Below are positions 47,546 to 64,000 of a stretch of 64,000 nt of DNA, piece by piece. The stretch is from NCBI RefSeq assembly GCF_053078305.1, contig NZ_CP166879.1; one strand, written 5' to 3'. The position numbers and the translations under genes were made by a program. Every line of letters begins with the position of its first letter. Position 1 is the first letter of the stretch. The notes beneath the pieces were generated by a model that saw only the letters and a list, made by a program, of their open reading frames with translations, was not told the DNA's origin and ran no database searches.

Positions 47546-47730
47546 CTTCTGCATTTGCACTGGTAATGACTGTTTTTCTTATAACGGGTGAGCCACAGAA
47601 TGTGATTACCGGAATTTATGCCAGTAAAGAATCATGCCTCCGGGCAAGAGACGAGCAAAAAATTTCTGGCGAATGCCTCCCGTTAAAAAAAGTATCGCTG
47701 TACCTGAATAACGAAATACCGGCTGGATAA
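47542..47730 (+). CDS. ydfD: YdfD-like lysis protein
   Basis: MTSAFALVMTVFLITGEPQNVITGIYASKESCLRARDEQKISGECLPLKKVSLYLNNEIPAG. Confidence 0.65.
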   Translation: MTSAFALVMTVFLITGEPQNVITGIYASKESCLRARDEQKISGECLPLKKVSLYLNNEIPAG

Positions 47731-47822
47731 TCCACCAGCCATATTAACGCCATACCCGTTGATTAAGCATGCCAGCAATGGCAGGGGTTCGTACAACCTT
47801 AAAATAGTTATGAGGTTTATCC

Positions 47823-50261
47823 ATGAGCACTGATAAAGAAGAATTTTCGCTATATTGCGAAGCAAAAAATGACAAGGTCAGAAAACGCCTTGGGATTAAA
47901 GGGGGTTTTTACTGGACTACAGCAAAAAAATTATCTGTTGCCATCTCACGGTGCGTTGTTGCAATGGACGAGGCAGGCTACGACGCTGATGATTTCAAAA
48001 AACCTGTCCGCGTCCATTTCCCCGTTGTGAATGACCTTCCACCGGAAGGCGTGTTTGATACCGAATTCTGCAACCGCTATGAAAAAGGCGGGGAAGATGG
48101 CATCACAATGATATTTATAGCGCCTTCCCCCTCAGTTCAGGACAAACCAGCCAGCACTGACAATACCAACGTCAATGGCGAAGACATGGCTGAGATTGAG
48201 GATAATATGCTCCTGCCAATTTCCGGTCAGGAACTGCCCATTCGCTGGCTTGCGCAACATGGCTGCGAAAAACCGGTAACGCACGTTTCACGGGAAGAAC
48301 TTCAGGCATTACATATCGCACGAGCTGAAGAACTGCCGGCTGTTACTGCCCTGGCTATTTCCCACAACACAAAGCTGCTCGACCCGCTGGAGATTCGCGA
48401 CCTTCACAAACTGGTACGCGACACAGACAAAGTTTTCCCTAATCCCGTTAATTCCAGTCTGGGGTTAATGACTGCTTTTTTCGAAGCATACCTGAACGCT
48501 GACTATACCGATCGAGGTCTGCTGACAAAAGAGTGGATGAAAGGAAATCGTGTTTCTCGCATCACCCGCACGGCTTCCGGTGCAAATGCCGGTGGCGGAA
48601 ATAAAACGGATCGTAATCCTGATTTAGTACACACCCTCGATACTCTGGATGTGGAGATTGCAGCAGCCACACTTCCGATGGATTTTAATATTTATGAAAT
48701 ACCCGTGAGCGTTTATCGTCGCGCAAAAGAAATCGTCCTGAAAAAAGAAAGTCCGTTCAGGGAATGGTCCCCAGCACTTCGCGCAACCCCTGGTATCCTG
48801 GACTATTCCCGCGCAGCTATTTTTGCACTTATCCGGAGCGCCCACCCTGAGTTTTATCACTACCCGGGACGTCTTCAGGGGTATATCAATGCCAACCTGA
48901 CAGAGACCGATCATGAGAATCCCACAACTGAAACTCTCACGGCTGCCCGGCATACACCGGAAAAAGATATCCTGGAAGAAATTAACGGAGGACTGGCTGC
49001 TGAGTGCAAAACAGAAGAAGAAAAAAATGATGAAGAAAACCCGCAACCATCTGGCGCAATGGCAGATGAACAGGCAACGGCTGAAACAATGGCAGCGGAT
49101 ACAGTTGAACATCATCAGGACCCGCAGCCGCTGGATGACAAGTCACAGGTAAAAGTTACTGCTGAAGAAGTAAATAAAATTATGGAGGCAGCAGACATCA
49201 GTCGACCAGATGCCGACAAATTGCTTGCCGCTTCTCGTGGTGAGTTTGTTGAAGGGATTAGCGACCCGAATGATTCGAAATGGGTTAAGGGGATTGAAAC
49301 CTGCGATTCTGTGAACCAGAACCAGCAAGAAACGGAACAGAACGGTCAGAAAGCGGAACAAAACAGCCCAAATGCGTTACAAAACGAGCCAGAAACGAAA
49401 CAACCTGAACCAGTCGTGCAACAGGAAGAGGAAAAAGTTTGTACCGCATGCAATCAGACTGGTGGTGGTAACTGCCCTGATTGTGGCGCAGTGATGGGTG
49501 ACGCAACCTACCAGGAGACATTCAACGAAGAAAGCCAGGATGAAGCCCGGGAAAAAGATCCGGAGGAAATGGAAAGTGCCGGACTCCCGAACAAGGAGTG
49601 CACCGAAGGCGATCAACATGCCAATGGCAATAATGAAACAGGCGAGACAGCAAATCCCTTAATTAAGGTGAACGGTCATCGTGAAATCACATCCACCAGC
49701 AGGTTGTGGCACCATCTGATGATTGACCTTGAAACAATGGGCAAAAATCCTGACGCACCAATAGCCTCAATAGGCGCTGTATTTTTCGATCCACAAACCG
49801 GAGAGCAGGGGCCTGAATTCAGCAAAATAATTGATATGGGTACATGTGGCGGCACTGTAGACATAAGCACCATCGAATGGTGGCTTCAACGCTCTGGCGA
49901 AGCCCGTGCCGCCATTTTAGCTGATCGAATACCGCTTGATGATGCGCTTTTACAATTACGGGAATTTATAGACGAAAACTCCGGTGAGTTTTTTGTTCAG
50001 GTCTGGGGAAATGGAGCCAACTTCGACAACGTGATTTTACGCCGTTCATATGAACGGCAGGAGATCCCCTGCCCGTGGCGTTACACCAATGATCGCGATG
50101 TAAGAACGATGGTCGCTCTGGGGTTGGTGATGGATTTCGATGCCCACAACGTCACCACATTTGAGGGTGAACGCCATAATGCCCTGCACGATGCGCGTTA
50201 CCAGGCAAAATACGTTTCAGCTATCTGGCAAAAACTGTTCCCGAGTCAGGCTGATTTTTAA
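47823..50261 (+). CDS. Large early-region protein with C-terminal DEDDh-type 3'-5' exonuclease domain
   Basis: 812 aa; C-terminal MIDLETMG..., ...WGNGANFD..., ...[11 protein letters not shown]...; acidic linker; [16 protein letters not shown]ys cluster. Confidence 0.6.
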   Translation: MSTDKEEFSLYCEAKNDKVRKRLGIKGGFYWTTAKKLSVAISRCVVAMDEAGYDADDFKKPVRVHFPVVNDLPPEGVFDTEFCNRYEKGGEDGITMIFIAPSPSVQDKPASTDNTNVNGEDMAEIEDNMLLPISGQELPIRWLAQHGCEKPVTHVSREELQALHIARAEELPAVTALAISHNTKLLDPLEIRDLHKLVRDTDKVFPNPVNSSLGLMTAFFEAYLNADYTDRGLLTKEWMKGNRVSRITRTASGANAGGGNKTDRNPDLVHTLDTLDVEIAAATLPMDFNIYEIPVSVYRRAKEIVLKKESPFREWSPALRATPGILDYSRAAIFALIRSAHPEFYHYPGRLQGYINANLTETDHENPTTETLTAARHTPEKDILEEINGGLAAECKTEEEKNDEENPQPSGAMADEQATAETMAADTVEHHQDPQPLDDKSQVKVTAEEVNKIMEAADISRPDADKLLAASRGEFVEGISDPNDSKWVKGIETCDSVNQNQQETEQNGQKAEQNSPNALQNEPETKQPEPVVQQEEEKVCTACNQTGGGNCPDCGAVMGDATYQETFNEESQDEAREKDPEEMESAGLPNKECTEGDQHANGNNETGETANPLIKVNGHREITSTSRLWHHLMIDLETMGKNPDAPIASIGAVFFDPQTGEQGPEFSKIIDMGTCGGTVDISTIEWWLQRSGEARAAILADRIPLDDALLQLREFIDENSGEFFVQVWGNGANFDNVILRRSYERQEIPCPWRYTNDRDVRTMVALGLVMDFDAHNVTTFEGERHNALHDARYQAKYVSAIWQKLFPSQADF

Positions 50262-50319
50262 TGTTCAACCCTGATCGCCGCTAACCGCATATAGTTAGCG
50301 GCGGTTATGAGATATAGCT

Positions 50320-50523
50320 ATGAGCAGCTTATTTTTAACCGAAGATGAATTGCTAATATTAACGGGCTGCAAATATGCAAGCCACCAGCGCAACTGGTTA
50401 ATAAAAAATGGGCTTCCGTTCTATACCAATCGTAGTGGAAAACCGATCGTCAGTCGGGAACTGTTTACCTGTAGAAACACTTTACCACCACGTGAGGCTG
50501 AACCTGATTTCGGTGCGATCTAA
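50320..50523 (+). CDS. Excisionase-like protein (DUF4224-like)
   Basis: 67 aa immediately upstream of integrase; ...LTEDELLILTGCKYASHQRNWLIKNGLPF... Confidence 0.5.
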   Translation: MSSLFLTEDELLILTGCKYASHQRNWLIKNGLPFYTNRSGKPIVSRELFTCRNTLPPREAEPDFGAI

Positions 50524-51548
50524 TGGGAAGACGAAGGAAAAATCCCGAACACGAAAAATTACCGCCAAAGGTATACCCCAATAAATATAGTTATGTATGG
50601 AAACCGACATCCAGAGAATCTGTAACCTTAACTGCAATCGAGGATGGTTTAGCCGCATTATGGAAAAAGTACGAAGAAACAATTAACCATCGCGATCGGG
50701 CAATGACATTTGGGCGTTTGTGGGAAAAATTTCTCGCCAGCGCCTATTACAGCGATCTTAGTCCCAGAACGCAAAAAGATTATCTGCAACATCAAAAAAA
50801 GCTGCTGGCCGTATTCGGTAAGGTGCTGGCCGATTCTGTAAAACCAGAGCACATCAGACGATACATGGACAAAAGGGGCGAGCAGAGTAAAACGCAGGCA
50901 AACCATGAAAAAAGCAGCATGTCACGCGTTTACAGTTGGGGGTATGAACGAGGGTATGTAAAGGCTAATCCTTGTGCCGGTGTAAGTAAATTCAAGGCCA
51001 AAAACCGAGAGCGCTATGTGACTGACAAAGAATACCAGGCCGTATTAAGCGTGGCTCCTGTGCCTGTTTTTATCGCAATGGAAATTGCATACCTGTGCGC
51101 AGCAAGGATTTCCGATGTGTTGTCTCTGAAATGGGAACAGATCGGAAACGACGGGATCTTTATCCAGCAAGGTAAAACAGGAAAGAAACAGATAAAAGCC
51201 TGGAGTCCCCGTCTGCAATCAGTTATAGAAAAAGCTAAACAGCTACCCAAGTCAGCCTATGTAATCAGCAATCAGTACGGCAACCGTTACATGTATAAAG
51301 GATTTAATGAAATGTGGGTTGAGGCAAGAAATTTGGCTGGACAAATATCAGGGATCGCGACGGATTTTACATTCCATGACCTTAAAGCCAAGGGGATATC
51401 AGATTACGAAGGTAGTAGCCGGGATAAGCAACTTTTCTCTGGTCACAAGACCGAAGGACAGGTGCTAATCTATGATAGAAAAGTAAAGATCTCACCCACA
51501 CTGGATGTACCATTACCCCAGAATATTCCAACAAAATATTCCAAGTAA
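50523..51548 (+). CDS. int: Tyrosine integrase
   Basis: 341 aa; phage integrase family; adjacent to tRNA 3' end. Confidence 0.9.
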   Translation: MGRRRKNPEHEKLPPKVYPNKYSYVWKPTSRESVTLTAIEDGLAALWKKYEETINHRDRAMTFGRLWEKFLASAYYSDLSPRTQKDYLQHQKKLLAVFGKVLADSVKPEHIRRYMDKRGEQSKTQANHEKSSMSRVYSWGYERGYVKANPCAGVSKFKAKNRERYVTDKEYQAVLSVAPVPVFIAMEIAYLCAARISDVLSLKWEQIGNDGIFIQQGKTGKKQIKAWSPRLQSVIEKAKQLPKSAYVISNQYGNRYMYKGFNEMWVEARNLAGQISGIATDFTFHDLKAKGISDYEGSSRDKQLFSGHKTEGQVLIYDRKVKISPTLDVPLPQNIPTKYSK

Positions 51549-51600
51549 TTCCAAGTGTGATTTTCGTCATTGACTTAATGATGTGTAAGTGATTGAATTC

Positions 51601-51690
51601 TGGTGGAGAGAGGGGGATTTGAACCCCCGGTGGAGTTGCCCCCACTCCGGTTTTCGAGACCGGTCCGTTCAGCCGCTCCGGCATCTCTCC
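51601..51690 (-). tRNA. serU: tRNA-Ser (anticodon CGA), serU-like; prophage attachment site
   Basis: GGAGAGATGCCGGAGCGGCTGAACGGACCGGTCTCGAAAACCGG...GGTTCAAATCCCCC...CCA read from minus strand. Confidence 0.85.
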
Positions 51691-51783
51691 GTTCAGATGG
51701 TTGCCATGATGCCAGGAAATTTGGCATTTTAACAGTCCCTGTCCGTGCAATTTTGTTCAAGTGACGAGTTTGCGAGCAAAACG

Positions 51784-52581
51784 ATGATTAAGTGGCCCTG
51801 GAAAGTACAAGAATCAGCACATCAAACTGCCCTTCCCTGGCAGGAAGCACTATCGATCCCCCTTTTAACGTGTCTGACGGAACAGGAACAAAGCAAATTA
51901 GTCACTCTTGCCGAACGTTTTTTACAGCAAAAGCGGCTTGTTCCTTTACAGGGCTTTGAACTGGATTCATTAAGAAGCTGCCGGATAGCACTTCTATTTT
52001 GCCTACCCGTTCTGGAGTTAGGACTGGAATGGCTGGATGGTTTTCATGAAGTCTTAATTTATCCTGCGCCATTTGTGGTCGATGATGAATGGGAAGACGA
52101 TATCGGTCTGGTGCATAACCAACGTATTGTTCAGTCAGGTCAGAGCTGGCAGCAAGGGCCTATCGTTTTGAACTGGTTGGATATACAAGATTCTTTTGAT
52201 GCTTCTGGTTTTAACCTGATTATTCATGAAGTCGCTCATAAGCTGGACACCCGTAACGGCGATCGCGCCAGCGGAGTTCCCTTTATTCCGTTGCGTGAGG
52301 TTGCTGGCTGGGAACACGATCTTCATGCTGCAATGAACAACATTCAGGAAGAAATCGAATTGGTTGGCGAGAATGCGGCGAGCATTGATGCTTATGCTGC
52401 CAGTGATCCTGCTGAATGTTTTGCCGTACTTTCTGAATATTTCTTTAGCGCCCCAGAACTTTTTGCTCCTCGTTTCCCTTCATTGTGGCAACGTTTCTGC
52501 CAATTTTATCAACAAGATCCTTTGCAGAGACTGCATCACGCTAATGATACAGACTCGTTTTCGGCGACGAATGTTCATTAA
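51784..52581 (+). CDS. mtfA: Mlc titration factor MtfA (zinc-dependent peptidase)
   Basis: [20 protein letters not shown]...; HEVAH motif; internal start of track ORF 51745..52581. Confidence 0.9.
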   Translation: MIKWPWKVQESAHQTALPWQEALSIPLLTCLTEQEQSKLVTLAERFLQQKRLVPLQGFELDSLRSCRIALLFCLPVLELGLEWLDGFHEVLIYPAPFVVDDEWEDDIGLVHNQRIVQSGQSWQQGPIVLNWLDIQDSFDASGFNLIIHEVAHKLDTRNGDRASGVPFIPLREVAGWEHDLHAAMNNIQEEIELVGENAASIDAYAASDPAECFAVLSEYFFSAPELFAPRFPSLWQRFCQFYQQDPLQRLHHANDTDSFSATNVH

Positions 52582-52681
52582 TTAACAACTTTGCAGATTA
52601 ATTAACCAATTGAAATGACTTATGAAATTTAGTGTTGACAGACAAGGTACCGCTAAGTAATATGCGCCCCGTTCACACGAT

Positions 52682-52757
52682 TCCTCTGTAGTTCAGTCGG
52701 TAGAACGGCGGACTGTTAATCCGTATGTCACTGGTTCGAGTCCAGTCAGAGGAGCCA
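52682..52757 (+). tRNA. asnT: tRNA-Asn (anticodon GTT)
   Basis: TCCTCTGTAGTTCAGTCGGTAGAACGGCGGACTGTTAATCCG...GGTTCGAGTCC...CCA. Confidence 0.9.
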
Positions 52758-53069
52758 AATTCTAAAAATTCGCTTCTTAGCGCAATGTCACTAACCTTAG
52801 TTGAACATTGTTTTTTAACGGATAGCGGGTTTTTAACATCTTAAGCGCCCTCGACCTTTATGGTTGAGGGCGTTTTGCTATGAATGCCATCACCATTTTC
52901 CCCTCGATTATAAAACTTGAGTTATTCAGTAGTCTCCCCTCTTGCAACTCACACCCAAAACTGCCTAACGAAAAGTTATTAATTTTCAATCATATTGCTA
53001 TCAGGATTTACATTTTTTCGCTGTGCTAGAAAGGGCGCATTTATGTTAGCTCGTTCAGGGAAGGTAAGC

Positions 53070-61070
<8,001 letters not shown>

Positions 61071-61651
61071 TTTTTCGCTATATTTTCTTACAGAGTGCTC
61101 CATTCGGGGCGCTCTGCTTTTACATTCGTTTGCTATCAAACGCTCCATTAATATACCTGCATTTTCCCATACCTCCCTGTTAGTCTGAAGATAGTCGAGC
61201 CTCCTTTCGTTTTTAATAAACGCTTTCACACATGGTATAACCACCTGTTCCACGCCAGCGGGAAACAAAGTATATGATCTATTTTGATAACGATCATTGT
61301 TGCTATGTAGTCAAATTACGTTAATGTTTAGCTAAGTACATCAAGGAGGAAGATATGTCAGGACGTACAAACAATATCAGTTCATATTTCAATATTACAA
61401 ATTACATCAGTACCACTCATAATAATGTATGCCTGTTAACGGGGATTTAAGTTCAGGTTGTCTTATTTATGATGGTGAAATACATTACAATGTTTTAGTT
61501 CCACCAGATTCGCGTTCGGTGTGACTATGATCGTATCCGGTGAGTACAGCTTTGATCCAAAGGCTGGTTTTCTGTGATGATTGACCAGCCTCAGAGTATT
61601 GATGACACCACCGTTCATAACAGATCGGCATTACTTTGCATACGTACTGCC

Positions 61652-62704
61652 TCAAATTCTCGCCAAAACACTTTTTAATGCCTTTGCGAATTCATCCAGA
61701 CTTATATTGTCAATTTTTTTCCCAACGACGACTGACTCCGAAACATCGGCCATTGCGGGCCATCGCGTTTTGTAATCAGCATAAATTGCAACAACGGGAG
61801 TATTATAGGCACTTGCCATATGTAATATTGAGGTGTCAGGAGTTATTGCGATATAAGCATCTTTTATGATTGCTGCTGAACGTTTAATCGAGGGTGATAA
61901 GGATAAACGGTAGACATTATTATAACAATCCACTAATACCCTGGCTTTATCTTCCCCTTTTGGTCCATGAACGATCACTATTGGTATATCTGTTTCACTT
62001 TGAATTTTTTCTATTAGATTTTCTGCAATCGATAGTGAAAATGTACGTTCCTGCGAGCTACCTTCTAAATTAAGCGCAATGTAAGATCCTAACGATCGCA
62101 TTTCCTCGCGCACCTCATCGAGTACATCCTCACTTAGTGGCAATTCATATATTGGCCTGACTGCTGGAAAACCCGCCTCACGCATCATAAATGCCCATGT
62201 CATGGGTACGGGAGCCCGGAGATTCTGATCCATCCGGGACGCGTTCTTACACACAGGGGAATAGCACTTCATGGTTAAACCAACAACCTGAAAATTCGTT
62301 TTTGCTTTCAACTTACTGATAAATAACATCGTTTTCAGGTTCTTTTTACGCATCGCCTCTATACAAAGATCCGGCGTACCGTATTGCTGTGTTATGTTCT
62401 TCGCTAAATCTTTTATTTCTTTTAATGTTGCGTGATCCTGCATAGTCATTGTGACTAATGTTAATTTAGTCTGTTCAAGTTTGAGCGCATTAAAGACTTC
62501 TAAATTAATTGTCGACGTAACAATTAGTAGATGCTTAATTTTATGCAATTCAAGCGCCCGAATAACAGGAAAGATGGCCATAGCATCGCCAATCTGATCG
62601 GGAATATGGATGACAACAAAATCTGTTTTTTCAATATTGAAATTATAAGCTTTATAATCGTAGTAACTAAATGCAATATGTCTCAACAATGATGCTAAAA
62701 ACAT
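61652..62704 (-). CDS. yeeL: Glycosyltransferase family 9 (heptosyltransferase-like), YeeL-like, apparently intact
   Basis: 350 aa single ORF; chromosomal position between yeeJ and shiA. Confidence 0.65.
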   Translation of the reverse strand: MFLASLLRHIAFSYYDYKAYNFNIEKTDFVVIHIPDQIGDAMAIFPVIRALELHKIKHLLIVTSTINLEVFNALKLEQTKLTLVTMTMQDHATLKEIKDLAKNITQQYGTPDLCIEAMRKKNLKTMLFISKLKAKTNFQVVGLTMKCYSPVCKNASRMDQNLRAPVPMTWAFMMREAGFPAVRPIYELPLSEDVLDEVREEMRSLGSYIALNLEGSSQERTFSLSIAENLIEKIQSETDIPIVIVHGPKGEDKARVLVDCYNNVYRLSLSPSIKRSAAIIKDAYIAITPDTSILHMASAYNTPVVAIYADYKTRWPAMADVSESVVVGKKIDNISLDEFAKALKSVLARI

Positions 62705-63008
62705 ACCTAACCTCGCCTCCCTACTGGTTATAATGCAATGCAGTCTATCAGACTCATCAGGGTGCCATTTTGTGCATATGCGGACTTTTATGTTTCATAT
62801 CTCGAACCTGTGGGTCCTCTGCTTAATCCTTAAACAACACCAGCAACTCCCGCGCTTTCATCTTCCAGCGAATTTTTCATGTTGCCGCTAATCAGCCATA
62901 AAATCATTTGCAGATGCGCTCTGTCGAGGTAGTCTCATAAGGTTCGTTTATAGATCGACGGCAATGTGAGTTACCTTTTCCATACTAATTATAAAAAGAC
63001 AGTACAAA

Positions 63009-64000
63009 CAGGATCATTATGGACTCCACGCTCATCTCCACCCGTCCCGATGAAGGGACGCTTTCGTTAAGTCGCGCCCGACGAGCTGCGTTAGGCAGTT
63101 TCGCTGGTGCCGTCGTCGACTGGTATGATTTTTTACTCTATGGCATCACCGCCGCACTGGTGTTTAATCGCGAGTTTTTCCCGCAAGTAAGCCCGGCGAT
63201 GGGAACGCTCGCCGCATTTGCTACCTTTGGCGTCGGATTCCTTTTCCGTCCGCTCGGCGGTGTCATTTTCGGTCACTTTGGCGACCGACTGGGACGTAAG
63301 CGCATGTTAATGCTGACCGTCTGGATGATGGGTATCGCGACAGCCTTGATTGGTATTCTTCCTTCATTCTCGACCATTGGGTGGTGGGCACCTATTTTAC
63401 TGGTGACGCTGCGTGCCATTCAGGGATTTGCCGTCGGCGGCGAATGGGGAGGCGCGGCGTTGCTTTCCGTTGAAAGTGCACCAAAAAATAAAAAAGCCTT
63501 TTACAGTAGCGGTGTACAAGTTGGCTACGGTGTAGGTTTACTGCTTTCAACCGGACTGGTTTCATTGATCAGTATGATGACGACTGACGAACAGTTTTTA
63601 AGCTGGGGCTGGCGTATTCCTTTCCTGTTTAGCATCGTACTGGTACTGGGAGCATTGTGGGTGCGCAATGGCATGGAAGAGTCCGCGGAATTTGAACAAC
63701 AGCAACATTATCAAGCTGCCGCGAAAAAACGCATCCCGGTTATCGAAGCTCTGTTACGACATCCCGGTGCTTTCCTGAAGATTATTGCGCTACGACTGTG
63801 CGAGTTGCTGACGATGTACATCGTTACCGCCTTTGCACTTAATTATTCAACCCAGAATATGGGGTTACCGCGCGAACTTTTCCTTAATATTGGTTTGCTG
63901 GTAGGTGGATTAAGCTGCCTGACAATTCCCTGTTTTGCCTGGCTTGCCGATCGTTTTGGTCGCCGCAGGGTTTATATCACAGGTGCGTTAATCGGAACGT
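63009..64000 (+). CDS. shiA: Shikimate transporter ShiA (MFS), partial; continues beyond window end
   Basis: Read by eye: MDSTLISTRPDEGTLSLSRARRAALGSFAGAVVDWYDFLLYG... open to end of window. Confidence 0.85.

Larger units (their letters stand above)
1..51600. mobile_element. Lambdoid prophage (major part), late genes on minus strand, integrated at tRNA-Ser(CGA); extends beyond window start
   Basis: Contiguous phage modules int/xis, immunity, replication, nin, Q, lysis, head, tail, tail fibre; integrase abuts the 3' end of the tRNA; host genes begin at ~51.7 kb. Confidence 0.9.

Overview
This 64-kb window is from an Escherichia coli-type chromosome. Positions ~1-51,600 are the larger part of a lambdoid prophage with Stx-phage-like late-region architecture but no stx genes, integrated at the 3' end of tRNA-Ser(CGA) (serU-like) and continuing beyond the window start. 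Positions ~51,700-64,000 are core genome: mtfA, tRNA-Asn, yeeJ inverse-autotransporter adhesin, a yeeL-like GT9 glycosyltransferase and the start of shiA. Prophage late genes lie on the minus strand. Reading from the integrase end: int and xis-like; a large exonuclease-domain protein; a Qin-like DicB/YdfD/Rha/DicF/YdfA/DicA/DicC immunity region; an O-like initiator with in-gene iterons and a DnaC-like loader; a nin region with two toxin-antitoxin modules (hokD; Gp49/RelE-like toxin with XRE antitoxin); RusA; a Q-like antiterminator with pR-prime/tR-prime; a beta-class DNA methyltransferase; an ileZ-argN-argO-type tRNA trio; a second, gamma-like methyltransferase in the slot where Stx phages carry stxAB; a NanS-p-type sialate O-acetylesterase; an S21-type pinholin / SAR-endolysin / Rz-Rz1 lysis cassette; HNH and terminase; an HK97-type head module; a lambda-type tail module (V, G/GT with -1 frameshift, H, M, L, K, I, J); a collagen-like tail fibre and Tfa. 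The tail and lysis regions carry several morons: an OmpC-family porin between M and L, a PEGA-like lipoprotein between GT and H, a TonB-C-terminal-domain lipoprotein in the bor slot, a Hok-like toxin between J and the tail fibre gene, and a three-copy array of promoter-to-terminator mini-cassettes (candidate small RNAs) between I and J. No CRISPR array, IS element or canonical multi-gene defence system (RM with endonuclease, CBASS, retron, Abi) was recognised. The best candidates for undescribed biology are the I-J array, the TonB-like lipoprotein and the stx-slot methyltransferase with its duplicated structured element. All family assignments are from reading motifs in the translations, with no database search. 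Coordinates derived by eye may be off by a few nt; reading by eye disagreed with the supplied ORF track by 1 nt at two homopolymer runs, and the track frame was used.
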